From assembly GCA_963727825.1 (NCBI GenBank), contig CAVSHO010000007.1, positions 224,001-288,000 on the forward strand: a DNA stretch of 64,000 nucleotides. The letters are read 5' to 3'. The DNA is from Ignavibacteriota bacterium. Lineage in GTDB: Bacteria > Bacteroidota > Ignavibacteria > UBA10030. The notes under the pieces are model-generated. The model made no database searches and was not told where the DNA came from. It was given only the letters and a program-made list of their open reading frames with translations. This document shows, one piece after another, positions 10,604 through 19,932 of the stretch. The translations under genes were made by a program, and so were the position numbers. Each line of letters starts with the position of its first letter. Within the stretch, counting starts at the first letter, position 1.

Positions 10604-13003
10604 ATGACTAAGCGACATAAAATTCTGCTATTTACTCTAATGTTTGTTAGCGCGATTACCGCACTTGCACAACCGTCATTTGTTATTCACGGTAAGGTAG
10701 TGGATGCCGCGAGCAATGAACCGCTGCCTTCGGCGACCATCAGATTCATTGGGACTTCGCAGGGAACTATATCGAATGCTCAAGGGGAATTTAGGTACAC
10801 CGTCAGGGATTCTCTCGTGAGACTTGCAGTTAGTTATGTCGGACATAAATCGGATACTCTCACGATCTCTATCGGAAGTTCTCACAGTGTGCAAATTCGC
10901 TTACAGCCGAACGCCATTCAAGTAGCGGAAATGATAGTAACAGGTGAAGACCCCGCGTACCAAATCATTCGATATGCTATTGAAAGTAAAAAGAAATGGA
11001 TGAAGCGGTTGACATCTTACGAGGGCAAGGCATTTAACCGTGTGGTTATTCGTATACAGGATTCTATTGCCGCTATCACTGAGTCATATTCAACGCTTTA
11101 TTGGCGAAGTGACGATTCTCTCCGCGAAATTGTAACACAGCAAAAGCAAACCGGTAATCTTCCAAAATCGATGCAGGCGATTCGTGTGGGGAAAATAATC
11201 AATTTAAATGACGATGAAATTGCGATGGGAGGATTTCAATTCACCTGCCCGACTGCACCGGATGCGTTTGATTATTACGATTATAAGCTGCGTTCTACCA
11301 GAAGAATGGACGACTTTGATGTATACGAGATTGAGGTAATACCGAAGTCACGCATCAATCCATTATTCAAAGGAATAATTGCGATTGCCGAACGCTCGTA
11401 TGCTGTCATTGAAGCCGATCTTGAGCCGAATGAAGCGTACGAGCAGCCGTTTATTCATTTTTCAAAATCGCATTACATGCAGTCGTTTCGGCTTTTCAAC
11501 AACACGGTATCGCTTCCTGTGCATTATCGCTTCGAAGCAAACCTGGAAGTGCAGTTTATGGGAATCAAAATTCCGCCTATCGGTCTTGAGCGGGACGTGG
11601 TCATCTACGATTACCGAGTAAATCCCGAACTCCCCGACAGTATTCGGAACATAAGTAAGACAGCTTTCGATTCTTCCGCGAAGAAAATTGATTCTACATT
11701 TTGGGCAACACATGACGTGCTGCCGCTGACGGCTGAACAGGACAGCGCCTATCATAAACTCGATAGTACACAAACACTGGAAAAACAACTTGCTCCATCT
11801 GGGGCAATGATGAGTTTGATGAATTTGATGTCAACCGGAGTCTTCAGTTATCTGGATCTTACATTCAACCGAGTGGAAGCATGGCATCTGGGAATTTCTA
11901 AAACTGTTGATTCATTGACAAACGATTTGGGTGTCCGAGGCGGAGCGGCATACGGCACAGCAGACGAAAGATGGAAATGGCATGCCGGGGCAACCTTATT
12001 GTTCGGTGATACAGTGAACCGTTCAATATCGTTTGGTCCTGCTTCAATATCAATTCCAGATCGAAGGTGGTCTGTCGCATTAGATGTGTATGATCAGTTG
12101 GAAGTGTTTCCGTTCGTATTGATGAAGGATCAATTCGACAATATGCTCATTGCCTTACTAACTCATTCGGACGCGTACGATTATTATGCTGCCCGCGGAG
12201 TGACGGCGGCCTTGACTTATTTGCCGGCTCCTTCCTGGCGCATTTCTCTAATGGGGCTTACGGAGAATCAGCAATCGCTTGCCAAGCATACCGAGTATTC
12301 ATTCTTCGATCGTTCAAAGATTTATCCAGATAATCCTTCTATCGTAGATGGGAGAATGAATAGTTTCACATTGAGCGCGAGATATTCAACGACAGAACTG
12401 CCGGGCGTTACACGAAATGCATTCACCGCATCGACTGTAGTGGAATATTCAGATCCATTTTTAATGAGTGATTATTCGTTCACACAATTTAATCTGAAAA
12501 TTCGCGAAAAAATATCTACAATGAATTATAACTTACTATTCCCGCCATCGCTCACCGTCATACTCAACGCGGGAACGGCGATAGGACATCTTCCACCGCA
12601 GAGATATTTTTCGCTTGCCTCTAACGTGTTATTCGTGGGAGAACAAGGGACACTGCGCGGTGTTGGATCGCGTGAATATTATGGAGATAGATATGCAGTT
12701 GGTTCTATAGAATACAATTTCCGTCGCGCTCCATTTGCATTAACGGGAATTAAAGCGCTTTATGAATCGAAACTTGAATTTATCGTGTTAGGAGCCGTGG
12801 CGCGGTCATGGTTAACTGACGAGGCGCTTCGGACACCGCAATTTCCCGTGAAAGATACTGATGGCTGGTATTATGAAGCGGGAATCGGTGTTTCGAACAT
12901 ACTCGATTTATTCCGTCTCGATTTATCATACCGATTCACGCAGCCGGGCCAAGTGAACCTCACGCTTTTACTCTCAGATTTTGTTTCTGGATTAGTACGG
13001 TAA
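10604..13003 (+). CDS. Outer membrane protein with a carboxypeptidase-regulatory-like N-domain (DUF5686-like)
   Basis: Signal peptide, GKVVDAASNEPLPSATI...SYVGH, KQTGN, YDYKL, and a beta-barrel-like C-terminus (YYEAGIGVSNILDLFRLD). Confidence 0.7.
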   Translation: MTKRHKILLFTLMFVSAITALAQPSFVIHGKVVDAASNEPLPSATIRFIGTSQGTISNAQGEFRYTVRDSLVRLAVSYVGHKSDTLTISIGSSHSVQIRLQPNAIQVAEMIVTGEDPAYQIIRYAIESKKKWMKRLTSYEGKAFNRVVIRIQDSIAAITESYSTLYWRSDDSLREIVTQQKQTGNLPKSMQAIRVGKIINLNDDEIAMGGFQFTCPTAPDAFDYYDYKLRSTRRMDDFDVYEIEVIPKSRINPLFKGIIAIAERSYAVIEADLEPNEAYEQPFIHFSKSHYMQSFRLFNNTVSLPVHYRFEANLEVQFMGIKIPPIGLERDVVIYDYRVNPELPDSIRNISKTAFDSSAKKIDSTFWATHDVLPLTAEQDSAYHKLDSTQTLEKQLAPSGAMMSLMNLMSTGVFSYLDLTFNRVEAWHLGISKTVDSLTNDLGVRGGAAYGTADERWKWHAGATLLFGDTVNRSISFGPASISIPDRRWSVALDVYDQLEVFPFVLMKDQFDNMLIALLTHSDAYDYYAARGVTAALTYLPAPSWRISLMGLTENQQSLAKHTEYSFFDRSKIYPDNPSIVDGRMNSFTLSARYSTTELPGVTRNAFTASTVVEYSDPFLMSDYSFTQFNLKIREKISTMNYNLLFPPSLTVILNAGTAIGHLPPQRYFSLASNVLFVGEQGTLRGVGSREYYGDRYAVGSIEYNFRRAPFALTGIKALYESKLEFIVLGAVARSWLTDEALRTPQFPVKDTDGWYYEAGIGVSNILDLFRLDLSYRFTQPGQVNLTLLLSDFVSGLVR

Positions 13004-13126
13004 GCAAGATTAATCTCGCAAAGGAACTTTTAGAGAAGATGGAGAACTATCGCGGTGGTTTGTTTGCGGATCTTTATATTGTATGCATTCATCCATAAAA
13101 GGTGTTTATTAAGGAGAGTATAAAAA

Positions 13127-13468
13127 ATGAAAAGATTATCGTTATCTATCATAGCTGGAATTGTTTGTGCGATTATTTGTGCCATTGGAAGAAAATATTT
13201 AATTCCGGACATAACATTATCCGCGTTAATTGTTTCATCTTTTGGAAATAGAATTCTAATTGGTTTTGTTATCGGTATAAGCGGATTAAGAATGAATTAT
13301 CTTCTCCACGGAGCATTTATTGGTTTTTTAGTAACTCTATCATATTCAATAGGCATGATACTCGATAATAATGTAATTGGTTTTATTATGTACACAACGG
13401 CAGGAACCATATTTGGATTGCTAATCGAAATATTCGTAACCAAAATATGCAAGGCTCCAAGTGTATAA
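13127..13468 (+). CDS. Small four-TM membrane protein
   Basis: AAGGAG RBS; four hydrophobic segments. Confidence 0.75.
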   Translation: MKRLSLSIIAGIVCAIICAIGRKYLIPDITLSALIVSSFGNRILIGFVIGISGLRMNYLLHGAFIGFLVTLSYSIGMILDNNVIGFIMYTTAGTIFGLLIEIFVTKICKAPSV

Positions 13469-13509
13469 TTGGCAAGTCAGAAAACTTTATACTGATAGGA
13501 TGGATACTC

Positions 13510-13628
13510 GAGCCGGAGGCCAGAAAATGTCACGAAACTATTCGTGTCAATCTTATATGATGATTTATTTTATATGGAAGACCAACCATTCCCTCTTTCG
13601 TGTTAATTCGTGCGTAAGAGAGTACTTT
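13510..13628 (+). repeat. Dispersed ~120-bp repeat, copy A
   Basis: GAGCCGGAGGCC..CACGAAACTATTCGTGTCAA..CCCTCTT..AAGAGAG; aligns with 14181-14300 and with the inverted piece at 15552-15597. Confidence 0.75.
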
Positions 13629-13681
13629 GAAGAACGAAGAAATTAACTAAACACCGAGAATTAATATTATGCGAGAGGACC

Positions 13682-14152
13682 ATGAAAACCATTAAACGTA
13701 TTGCATTAGTAGCACACGACAACCGGAAGAAGGATCTGACCGAATGGGTTGAATGGAATTGGAATGCTCTATTGAACCACAAACTGATATGCACGGGAAC
13801 TACAGGCAGTATGGTCGAAGCTGTATTGAGGAAAAAATTGGACAAAGATCAAAAAAAGAAGATTGATATCAGGAAACTCAAATCCGGACCGCTCGGGGGT
13901 GACCAACAGCTCGGTGCACTTATAGCAGAAGGAGAGGTCGATATGATCATCTTTTTGTGGGACCCGATGGAACCGCAGCCGCATGATGTCGATGTCAAAG
14001 CACTACTCAGGATAGCCGTGCTTTATAATGTGCCGACCGCTTGCAATCGCTCGACCGCCGATTTCATGATCTCTTCATCTCTGTTCACCTCGGAGTACGC
14101 TCCCGCTCTTGTGGATTTTTCCGAGTATATTCGCAGAGAAATAAAATTTTGA
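13682..14152 (+). CDS. mgsA: Methylglyoxal synthase
   Basis: IALVAHDNRKKDL, TGTTG, SGPLGGDQQ, PHDVDVKALLR. Confidence 0.96.
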   Translation: MKTIKRIALVAHDNRKKDLTEWVEWNWNALLNHKLICTGTTGSMVEAVLRKKLDKDQKKKIDIRKLKSGPLGGDQQLGALIAEGEVDMIIFLWDPMEPQPHDVDVKALLRIAVLYNVPTACNRSTADFMISSSLFTSEYAPALVDFSEYIRREIKF

Positions 14153-14180
14153 GGCGACCGGGCTGGCGACATAGATGTGA

Positions 14181-14300
14181 GAGCCGGCGGCCTAAAAATG
14201 CTGCGAATCTATTCGTGTCAATTTTTTATGATATGATTTTTTTAATATGTAAGACTATCCGTCCCCTCTTTCTCGTTAATTCTTATGTGAGAGGAGATTT
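14181..14300 (+). repeat. Dispersed ~120-bp repeat, copy B
   Basis: GAGCCGGCGGCC..GCGAATCTATTCGTGTCAA..GTCCCCTCTT..GAGAGGAG; diverged direct repeat of 13510-13628. Confidence 0.75.
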
Positions 14301-14351
14301 ATAAAATCCTTTTTTAATGCTGAAAAGTAATCTTTGCATTCAAGAAACAAT

Positions 14352-14384
14352 GTCCCCTCTTGAGAGGGGACCACAGGGGTGTGT
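14352..14384. repeat. Left hairpin/inverted repeat flanking the DUF559 gene
   Basis: GTCCCCTCTTGAGAGGGGACCACAGGGGTGTGT. Confidence 0.8.
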
Positions 14385-14398
14385 GGAAAAGGTTGGCA

Positions 14399-14773
14399 AT
14401 GGAAGATCGATGGATTCACTATAATCCAAGACTTAAGCAAATTGCCCTAACATTGCGGAAGAATATGACATTGTCAGAAATTCTTCTGTGGCAGCAATTA
14501 AAGAATAAACAATTGATGGGATATGATTTTCATAGGCAGAAGCCGATTGATGAATATGTAGTGGATTTTTATTGTCCTCTATTGAAATTAGTTCTCGAGA
14601 TCGATGGTGATTCGCATGATGGAAAGGAAGAGGCGGATCGAATCAGACAAGAGAAATTGGAATCGTTGGGATTGACAGTGATGCGGTTCTGGGATTCTGA
14701 TGTGAAGAGCAATGTTGACGGAGTGGTCGGACAATTGCGGGAATGGATTGAAGCTCAAATAACACACCCCTAA
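14399..14773 (+). CDS. DUF559 / Vsr-like endonuclease domain protein
   Basis: LRKNMTLSEILLW..FHRQKPIDEYVVDFYC..LEIDGDSH..DRIRQ..LGLTVMRF. Confidence 0.9.
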   Translation: MEDRWIHYNPRLKQIALTLRKNMTLSEILLWQQLKNKQLMGYDFHRQKPIDEYVVDFYCPLLKLVLEIDGDSHDGKEEADRIRQEKLESLGLTVMRFWDSDVKSNVDGVVGQLREWIEAQITHP

Positions 14774-14813
14774 ATCCCCTCTCATCTTGTTTAGGTCTTA
14801 TGTAAGAGGGGAC
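14762..14813. repeat. Right hairpin/inverted repeat flanking the DUF559 gene (overlaps the stop codon)
   Basis: ACACACCCCTAAATCCCCTCTC[20-nt insert]AAGAGGGGAC approximates the reverse complement of 14352-14384. Confidence 0.8.
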
Positions 14814-15106
14814 TTTTATCGACGGGAAGCTATCTGACATCGACGCGGAGTCATCTGACAACAGCGCGAAGCAGTTAGACAATGGCGCGGAGTAGTTTGA
14901 CGGTCACACGAAGCGGTTTGACAATGCCACGGAGCAGTTAGACAATCGTGCGGAGTACTTTGACGGGGAAGAAATGTCAGGTGACAATGACGCGAAGTCA
15001 GTTTACACTTGCGCGGAGCCGTCTGACATTGTAACAATTTTAAAAGTTAAGCAGAAAAGTACTTTGACGATGCCGCGGAGTGATTCGACGGAGAAGAAAT
15101 GCCAAA
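14814..15106 (+). repeat. Degenerate 21-bp tandem repeat array (about 12 units)
   Basis: The (T/A)GAC unit start recurs every 21 nt from 14835 to 15024 (one unit reads TTAC) and again at 15065 and 15086; consensus ~TGACAATGNCGCG(G/A)AG(C/T)NGTT. Confidence 0.85.
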
Positions 15107-15140
15107 TACAGCAAGAAAATAGCTATTTGCAAAAGCGATG

Positions 15141-15253
15141 TATGGCTTTTGTAGGGACGTTTAATTAAACGTCCCTACACGTGACTCTTGATTCTTGGCT
15201 GATTACTCGCTACAATTTTTACGAGAAGCGTGTTGGGGAAACATTGCTTACCA
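15141..15253 (+). repeat. Direct repeat copy 1: GTAG REP palindrome + sigma70-like promoter + hairpin
   Basis: GTAGGGACGTTTAATTAAACGTCCCTAC (15151-15178), TTGATT-N17-TACAAT (15188-15216), AAGCGTGTTGGGGAAACATTGCTT; repeated at 16041-16144. Confidence 0.8.
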
Positions 15254-15254
15254 C

Positions 15255-15330
15255 CGATTTTTTCTTTGAACTTACACCAGAGGAATATGCAGCTTTAAGG
15301 TACCAATTGGGGACATTAAAGAGCGCTTGA
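15255..15330 (+). pseudogene. ORF6N-domain gene fragment
   Basis: Translates as DFFFELTPEEYAALRYQLGTLKSA*, resembling the ORF6N DF.F.LT.EE...L.SQ segment; no start codon. Confidence 0.55.
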
Positions 15331-15398
15331 AATACAGTTATGGAGATATCACGAAATGTGATATCCTCGAGTTCTTAAAATAAAGTAATGAGTATGTT

Positions 15399-16012
15399 AT
15401 GACAAAAACGATCTACAAATATTCTGAATCGATTGAACAACATATTTTTTTTATTCGGGGGATGCGAGTAATTCTTGATAGCGACCTCAGTGCTATTTAT
15501 GGCGTAAAAACGAAAGTGTTGAACCAAGCAGTAAAAAGGAACACGCTCAGAAGATATTGACACGAATAGATTCGTGATATTATCAGGCCTCCGGCTCCGC
15601 TGATTTTGCATTTCAATTGAAGCTAGAAGAAATTGCAGCCATAGACAATCAGCGTGGTATGCGGTCACAAATTGTGACCGCATCAAAACGCAACATTCGG
15701 TTTCTACCGTTTGTGTTTACCGAGCACGGCGCTTTAATGGCTTCAAACATATTGAAAAGTACACGTGCTCTTTCAATGAGCATTTATGTCGTTAGGGCAT
15801 TTATTCGTTTGCGCGAAACACTTGCTCTCCATAAAGATTTGGCACAGAAATTATCGGAATTAGAGCGAAAGGTTCAATCACACGATACAGAACTTCAAGC
15901 TATTGTCCATGCATTGCGTCAACTAATGGAGCCGCCCGAAAAACCAAAGCGCGAAATCGGTTTCCATGTAAAAGAAACATCGGCAAAATATGGAGTGAAA
16001 AGGCAAAAATAA
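15399..16012 (+). pseudogene. ORF6N-domain DNA-binding protein interrupted by a ~46-bp insertion
   Basis: IFFIRGMRVILDSDLSAIYGVKTKVLNQAVKRN|insert|ADFAFQL..RSQIVTAS..LPFVFTEHGALMASNILKS..YVVRAFIRLR..KREIGF. Confidence 0.85.
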
Positions 16013-16040
16013 CGGAGCTATATTCCCAAACATAATAGTG

Positions 16041-16144
16041 TATTGCCTTTGTAGAGACGTTTAATTAAACGTCTCTACTTGATTCTCATCTTTTAACTCG
16101 CTACCATTTTTGCGAGAAGCGTGTTGGGGAAACATCGCTTACCA
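16041..16144 (+). repeat. Direct repeat copy 2: GTAG REP palindrome + sigma70-like promoter + hairpin
   Basis: GTAGAGACGTTTAATTAAACGTCTCTAC (16051-16078), TTGATT-N17-TACCAT (16079-16107), AAGCGTGTTGGGGAAACATCGCTT. Confidence 0.8.
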
Positions 16145-16377
16145 TCCGCTGTCGTCAGATTTCAAATCAGATTATAAATATGAGTTTCAGCGCGATTTCT
16201 TTTCTAGGCCGATATACAATGCGTTTGAATGTGTTTATTGGGTTTTATATCAGCGAGTGGATGTGAGGCGAAAAGGATAAAGATGTTGCGTGGATAAAAG
16301 ATAAGGTGAGTTATTGCAATCATGCCAAGGGTTTGGTAGATTAATACAAACAAGGCCTGATTACCAGATTAAAAAAA

Positions 16378-17334
16378 ATGGCAAAGACCAAACAGAAAAA
16401 AAGAATCCGATCTAAGGCAAAAAGACAGAATTCTGTAAAACTCCGAGTTGCCGAACAACAAGCAGTGTATAATACTAAGACCTCTTCTACTCAATCGAAA
16501 CTGCCACTTGATACAATAATATGTGGAGATGCGCTTGAAGTTCTCAAGAGTCTTCCTGATCATTTTATCGATCTTATAGTAACTTCTCCACCTTATGCAG
16601 ACAAAAGAACAACTTCGTATGGCGGAATACACCCAGATAAATATGTCCAATGGTTCTTACCTATTGCAAGTGAACTTAAAAGGGTGTTGAAACCATCGGG
16701 CTCATTTATTCTCAATATCAAAGAAGGTGTGTCTGAAGGTGAACGACAAACATATGTTCTTGAATTGATTCTCGCATTGAAGAAACAAGGATGGCTTTGG
16801 ACAGAAGAATATGTTTGGCACAAAAAGAATAGTTATCCAGGAAAGTGGCCTAATCGATTTAGAGATGCATGGGAACATTGTCTCCATTTCAATAAAGAAA
16901 AGAAATTTGCAATGTACCAAGAGACTGTTAGAGTGCCAATGGGCGATTGGGCAAAGACGCGGCTAAAAAAACTTAGCGAAACAGATAAAAGGCGCGATGA
17001 ATCAAAAGTTGGTAGCGGTTTTGGAAAAAATATTTCTAACTGGATAGGAAGACAATTGGCTTACCCAGACAATGTACTCCATTTAGCGACAGAATCTTCA
17101 AATACGAACCACAGTGCAGCGTTCCCAACGTCTTTACCAGAATGGTTCATTAAATTATTTACAAAACCTGGAGATATTATTCTTGACCCTTTTCTTGGAT
17201 CAGGTAGTACCGCAGTCGCCGCAAAAAGGACTGGAAGAAGATATATCGGAATTGAGATTTTAAAGGAATTTTCTCAAATAGCAGAACAACGAGTTAAAAA
17301 AGAACATTCCGACAATGGAGAATTGTTCAAATGA
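16378..17334 (+). CDS. Type II DNA amino-methyltransferase, beta class (probably N4-cytosine)
   Basis: Motif IV TSPPY precedes HSAAFP and motif I LDPFLGSGST. Confidence 0.92.
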   Translation: MAKTKQKKRIRSKAKRQNSVKLRVAEQQAVYNTKTSSTQSKLPLDTIICGDALEVLKSLPDHFIDLIVTSPPYADKRTTSYGGIHPDKYVQWFLPIASELKRVLKPSGSFILNIKEGVSEGERQTYVLELILALKKQGWLWTEEYVWHKKNSYPGKWPNRFRDAWEHCLHFNKEKKFAMYQETVRVPMGDWAKTRLKKLSETDKRRDESKVGSGFGKNISNWIGRQLAYPDNVLHLATESSNTNHSAAFPTSLPEWFIKLFTKPGDIILDPFLGSGSTAVAAKRTGRRYIGIEILKEFSQIAEQRVKKEHSDNGELFK

Positions 17335-18070
17335 AACAAATATCTTTAAAGGAAGTAACGAGATTTGTCAGTGAAAATATTGGCGAATTCCATGAAAGCA
17401 GAGTTAACAGAATTAAAAAGGTCAAACTCAAACAAGTACTACAGAAAAAGAATCCATATTTATTTAAAGCAAAAAACCTCCTTACTGCAGAAAAGCTTGT
17501 TGAATCTATTCTTCAAGCATACCTTTCTTCATCGGAAGAAGAACTTTTCGGTGAGTTTCTTGAGAACCTTGCTATTTTTATTGCAAACAAAACGCTTGGT
17601 GGAAGAAAAGCCCATGGGTCTGGAATTGATTTAGAATTTGAACGTTCTAAAGTCGTATATCTTGTTTCTATAAAATCAGGTGTAAACTGGGGAAACAGTT
17701 CTCAATATAAAGCTCTTAGAGATAATTTTAAAAAGCTGTACAAATATTAAAACAATCAAGGTCGATCAAGACAGTTCAACCGGTGCTGGCATCTTGCTAT
17801 GGCAAGAAAAAAACAAAAGACAATGGGGAATATTTAAGCGTTTGTGGACAAGAATTTTGGTACTTCATTAGTGGTAATAAAAACCTTTACACCGACATTA
17901 TTGAACCACTCGGATACGAAGCCAAGCAACATAATCAACATTACGAAGAAGAACGTGCTGTTCTAATAAACAATTTCACCACAGAATTCTCAAAAGAATT
18001 TTGCGTTACTGGGAGAATTAATTGGAAAAAGCTAGTTCAATTTAATAGCGGCAATTTAGAAGTAGATTAA
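17331..18070 (+). CDS. Type II restriction endonuclease, EcoO109I/PmeII-like (frameshift in the A-run near 17730-17734)
   Basis: KKNPYLF, SSSEEELFGEFLE, GIDLEF..SIKSGVNWGNSSQ. One extra A joins it to ..VLASCYGK..CGQEFWYFISG..IIEPLG. ATGA overlap with the MTase. Confidence 0.78.
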
Positions 18071-18257
18071 ATATTCTGTCTGTATATTGTTGCAGACAAA
18101 GAGAAAAGATCTAAACAAGTATCTAATAATTTCCCATAATATAGTTTTAAATATATTCATGCTATCCATGAAAAAATGGGATTATTGTATTCTACCAAGG
18201 TTAGTTTAATAAAAATGAGAAAAGAATTTTGCCTCTAAAAGAAAAGGAGAAATATTT

Positions 18258-18467
18258 ATGTCAACAACCGATAAAAATGAAGTAATTTATAGCATTAATA
18301 AAGAATGGCTTCAACTGGAGGCAGAAGAAAGGCTTTGTAGAGAATTAACGGAAGAAGAAATATTAATTGCAAAAGATTGCATCGAAGAAGGGATAAACAC
18401 GAGCATCGATATAATATTCTCTGCTGCGATACAACAGGCTATATCAATGAATGTCGATAAGTCTTAA
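18258..18467 (+). CDS. Small hypothetical protein
   Basis: Strong AAGGAG RBS; 69-aa acidic helical ORF. Confidence 0.6.
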   Translation: MSTTDKNEVIYSINKEWLQLEAEERLCRELTEEEILIAKDCIEEGINTSIDIIFSAAIQQAISMNVDKS

Positions 18468-18743
18468 TTTGAAATTGTATAATAAAAATTCAAGCAAACA
18501 AGTTTATTTGGTTTTTAAAAAGTGGGAATCGAACTACGTCCAGAAATTGATAATTACTTTTCCCGGTTCACATCAATACAATAATTTGAATTTCTAGGGA
18601 ATCTACGTCCGAAGACGATTAACCTTGCTCCCAAACTCAGTTTAAGCGTATGATGTAAATCCGACGTACGTCAGATTACGATAAAAACGTAGATCTCATA
18701 TTAGATATGGCACTCAAAAAGAAAAAAAGAGGATACAAAGATC

Positions 18744-19220
18744 ATGAAAGAATATACTTACGGCGGGGCGCGTGCGTTGGTTGCTTTGCACGAACAGCAC
18801 ATGCGCTCGTTTTTGGAAACATGGCGAAAGGCAAAAAAGGCGGGCGTTATACTGCCTCAAACGACCGATCCATCATACAAATCCATGGAGACTCTTTTAC
18901 GGCACCCGCTCAAATCATCGCGCGGGTACATAATCTGGATATGTCAGAAACTTGAACTGCCCGATCCGGGAATTGACCCTGTACCAGAATTGGAGCACAT
19001 AGAACATGCTGCAGATGCATTTCTCGCACATTTGCTGGAACGATGGGATTTGCCTTTGCGCGATGTTCCCGAAGAGCGTTTCTTCGACCGAACGTATGCC
19101 TCGAACTGGAAGACGGAGTACTGCATTGAAGCGATGCTCGAACATGCTGTTATGCACCCAATCCGGCATGAATTTCAACTCATTAACCTGATAAAATCAC
19201 TCGAGGGGAAGAAGAAATAA
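18744..19220 (+). CDS. DinB-like four-helix protein
   Basis: LLRH..., C-terminal MLEHAVMHPIRHEFQL His pattern; GAGG RBS. Confidence 0.7.
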   Translation: MKEYTYGGARALVALHEQHMRSFLETWRKAKKAGVILPQTTDPSYKSMETLLRHPLKSSRGYIIWICQKLELPDPGIDPVPELEHIEHAADAFLAHLLERWDLPLRDVPEERFFDRTYASNWKTEYCIEAMLEHAVMHPIRHEFQLINLIKSLEGKKK

Positions 19221-19359
19221 CAGGCGAAGTGATTTTAAAGCCGCGATCGATGATAGCGGAGCAAAGTTTGAAAATGATAACGAATACAATGCAGGGACGT
19301 ATAATTCTTGCCCACCATGTTTTGTGGCGGGATACGCCCTTACAAAGGACCGAATATCA

Positions 19360-19932
19360 ATGAAGCGGAATACTACCATTCACCATCGTAAATCAATCCG
19401 GCTACAAGAGTTCGATTATTCTCAACCCGGCGGATATTTTGTTACGCTTTGTACACACGAAAAAGTTTGCGTGTTTGGTGATGTAGTAGAAGACGAGGTG
19501 CGGTTATCTTCCATAGGAATAATTGCCAAAAGGTGTTGGGATGAGATACCAAAGCATTTTCCGATGGCGGAATTGGATGAATATATTGTAATGCCAAATC
19601 ATATACATGGAATAATAGTATTAAATGATCATGGCAGGGACGGTCAATTGAACGGAATGAACAACACTGTAGGGGTTGAATATATTCAACCCCTACCAAC
19701 AAACTTTCAACATGTAATATCAAATTCATTGGGGTCGATTGTCCGTTCTTATAAAGCGGCGGTTTCGCGTGAATGCCGAAAACAAAATATATACGATTTC
19801 TCCTGGCAGCGTAATTACTATGACCATATTATTCGAGATGGCAAAGATCTCGATCGCATTTGCGAATATATTATTGAAAATCCCATAAAATGGTATCTCG
19901 ACGAAAATAATCCCAATCGACCAGCAGAATAA
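19360..19932 (+). mobile_element. REP-associated tyrosine (HUH/Y1) transposase, RAYT-like, copy 1
   Basis: RKSIRLQEFDYSQPGGYFVTLCT, VMPNHIHGI (HUH), SLGSIVRSYK, WQRNYYDHIIR, EYIIENP; GTAG REP inside the CDS at 19669-19696. Confidence 0.9.

Noticed and set aside
14151-14220. Group II intron domain V (GAGCCG start)
   Set aside because: What follows GAGCCGG does not form the domain V/VI hairpins, and there is no reverse transcriptase nearby.
13461-14304. Similar short ORFs 13461-13646 and 14041-14304
   Set aside because: Their similarity only reflects translation through the non-coding 120-bp repeat.
14814-15106. CRISPR array
   Set aside because: Units are contiguous degenerate 21-mers with no constant repeat plus unique spacer, and no cas genes are present in the window.
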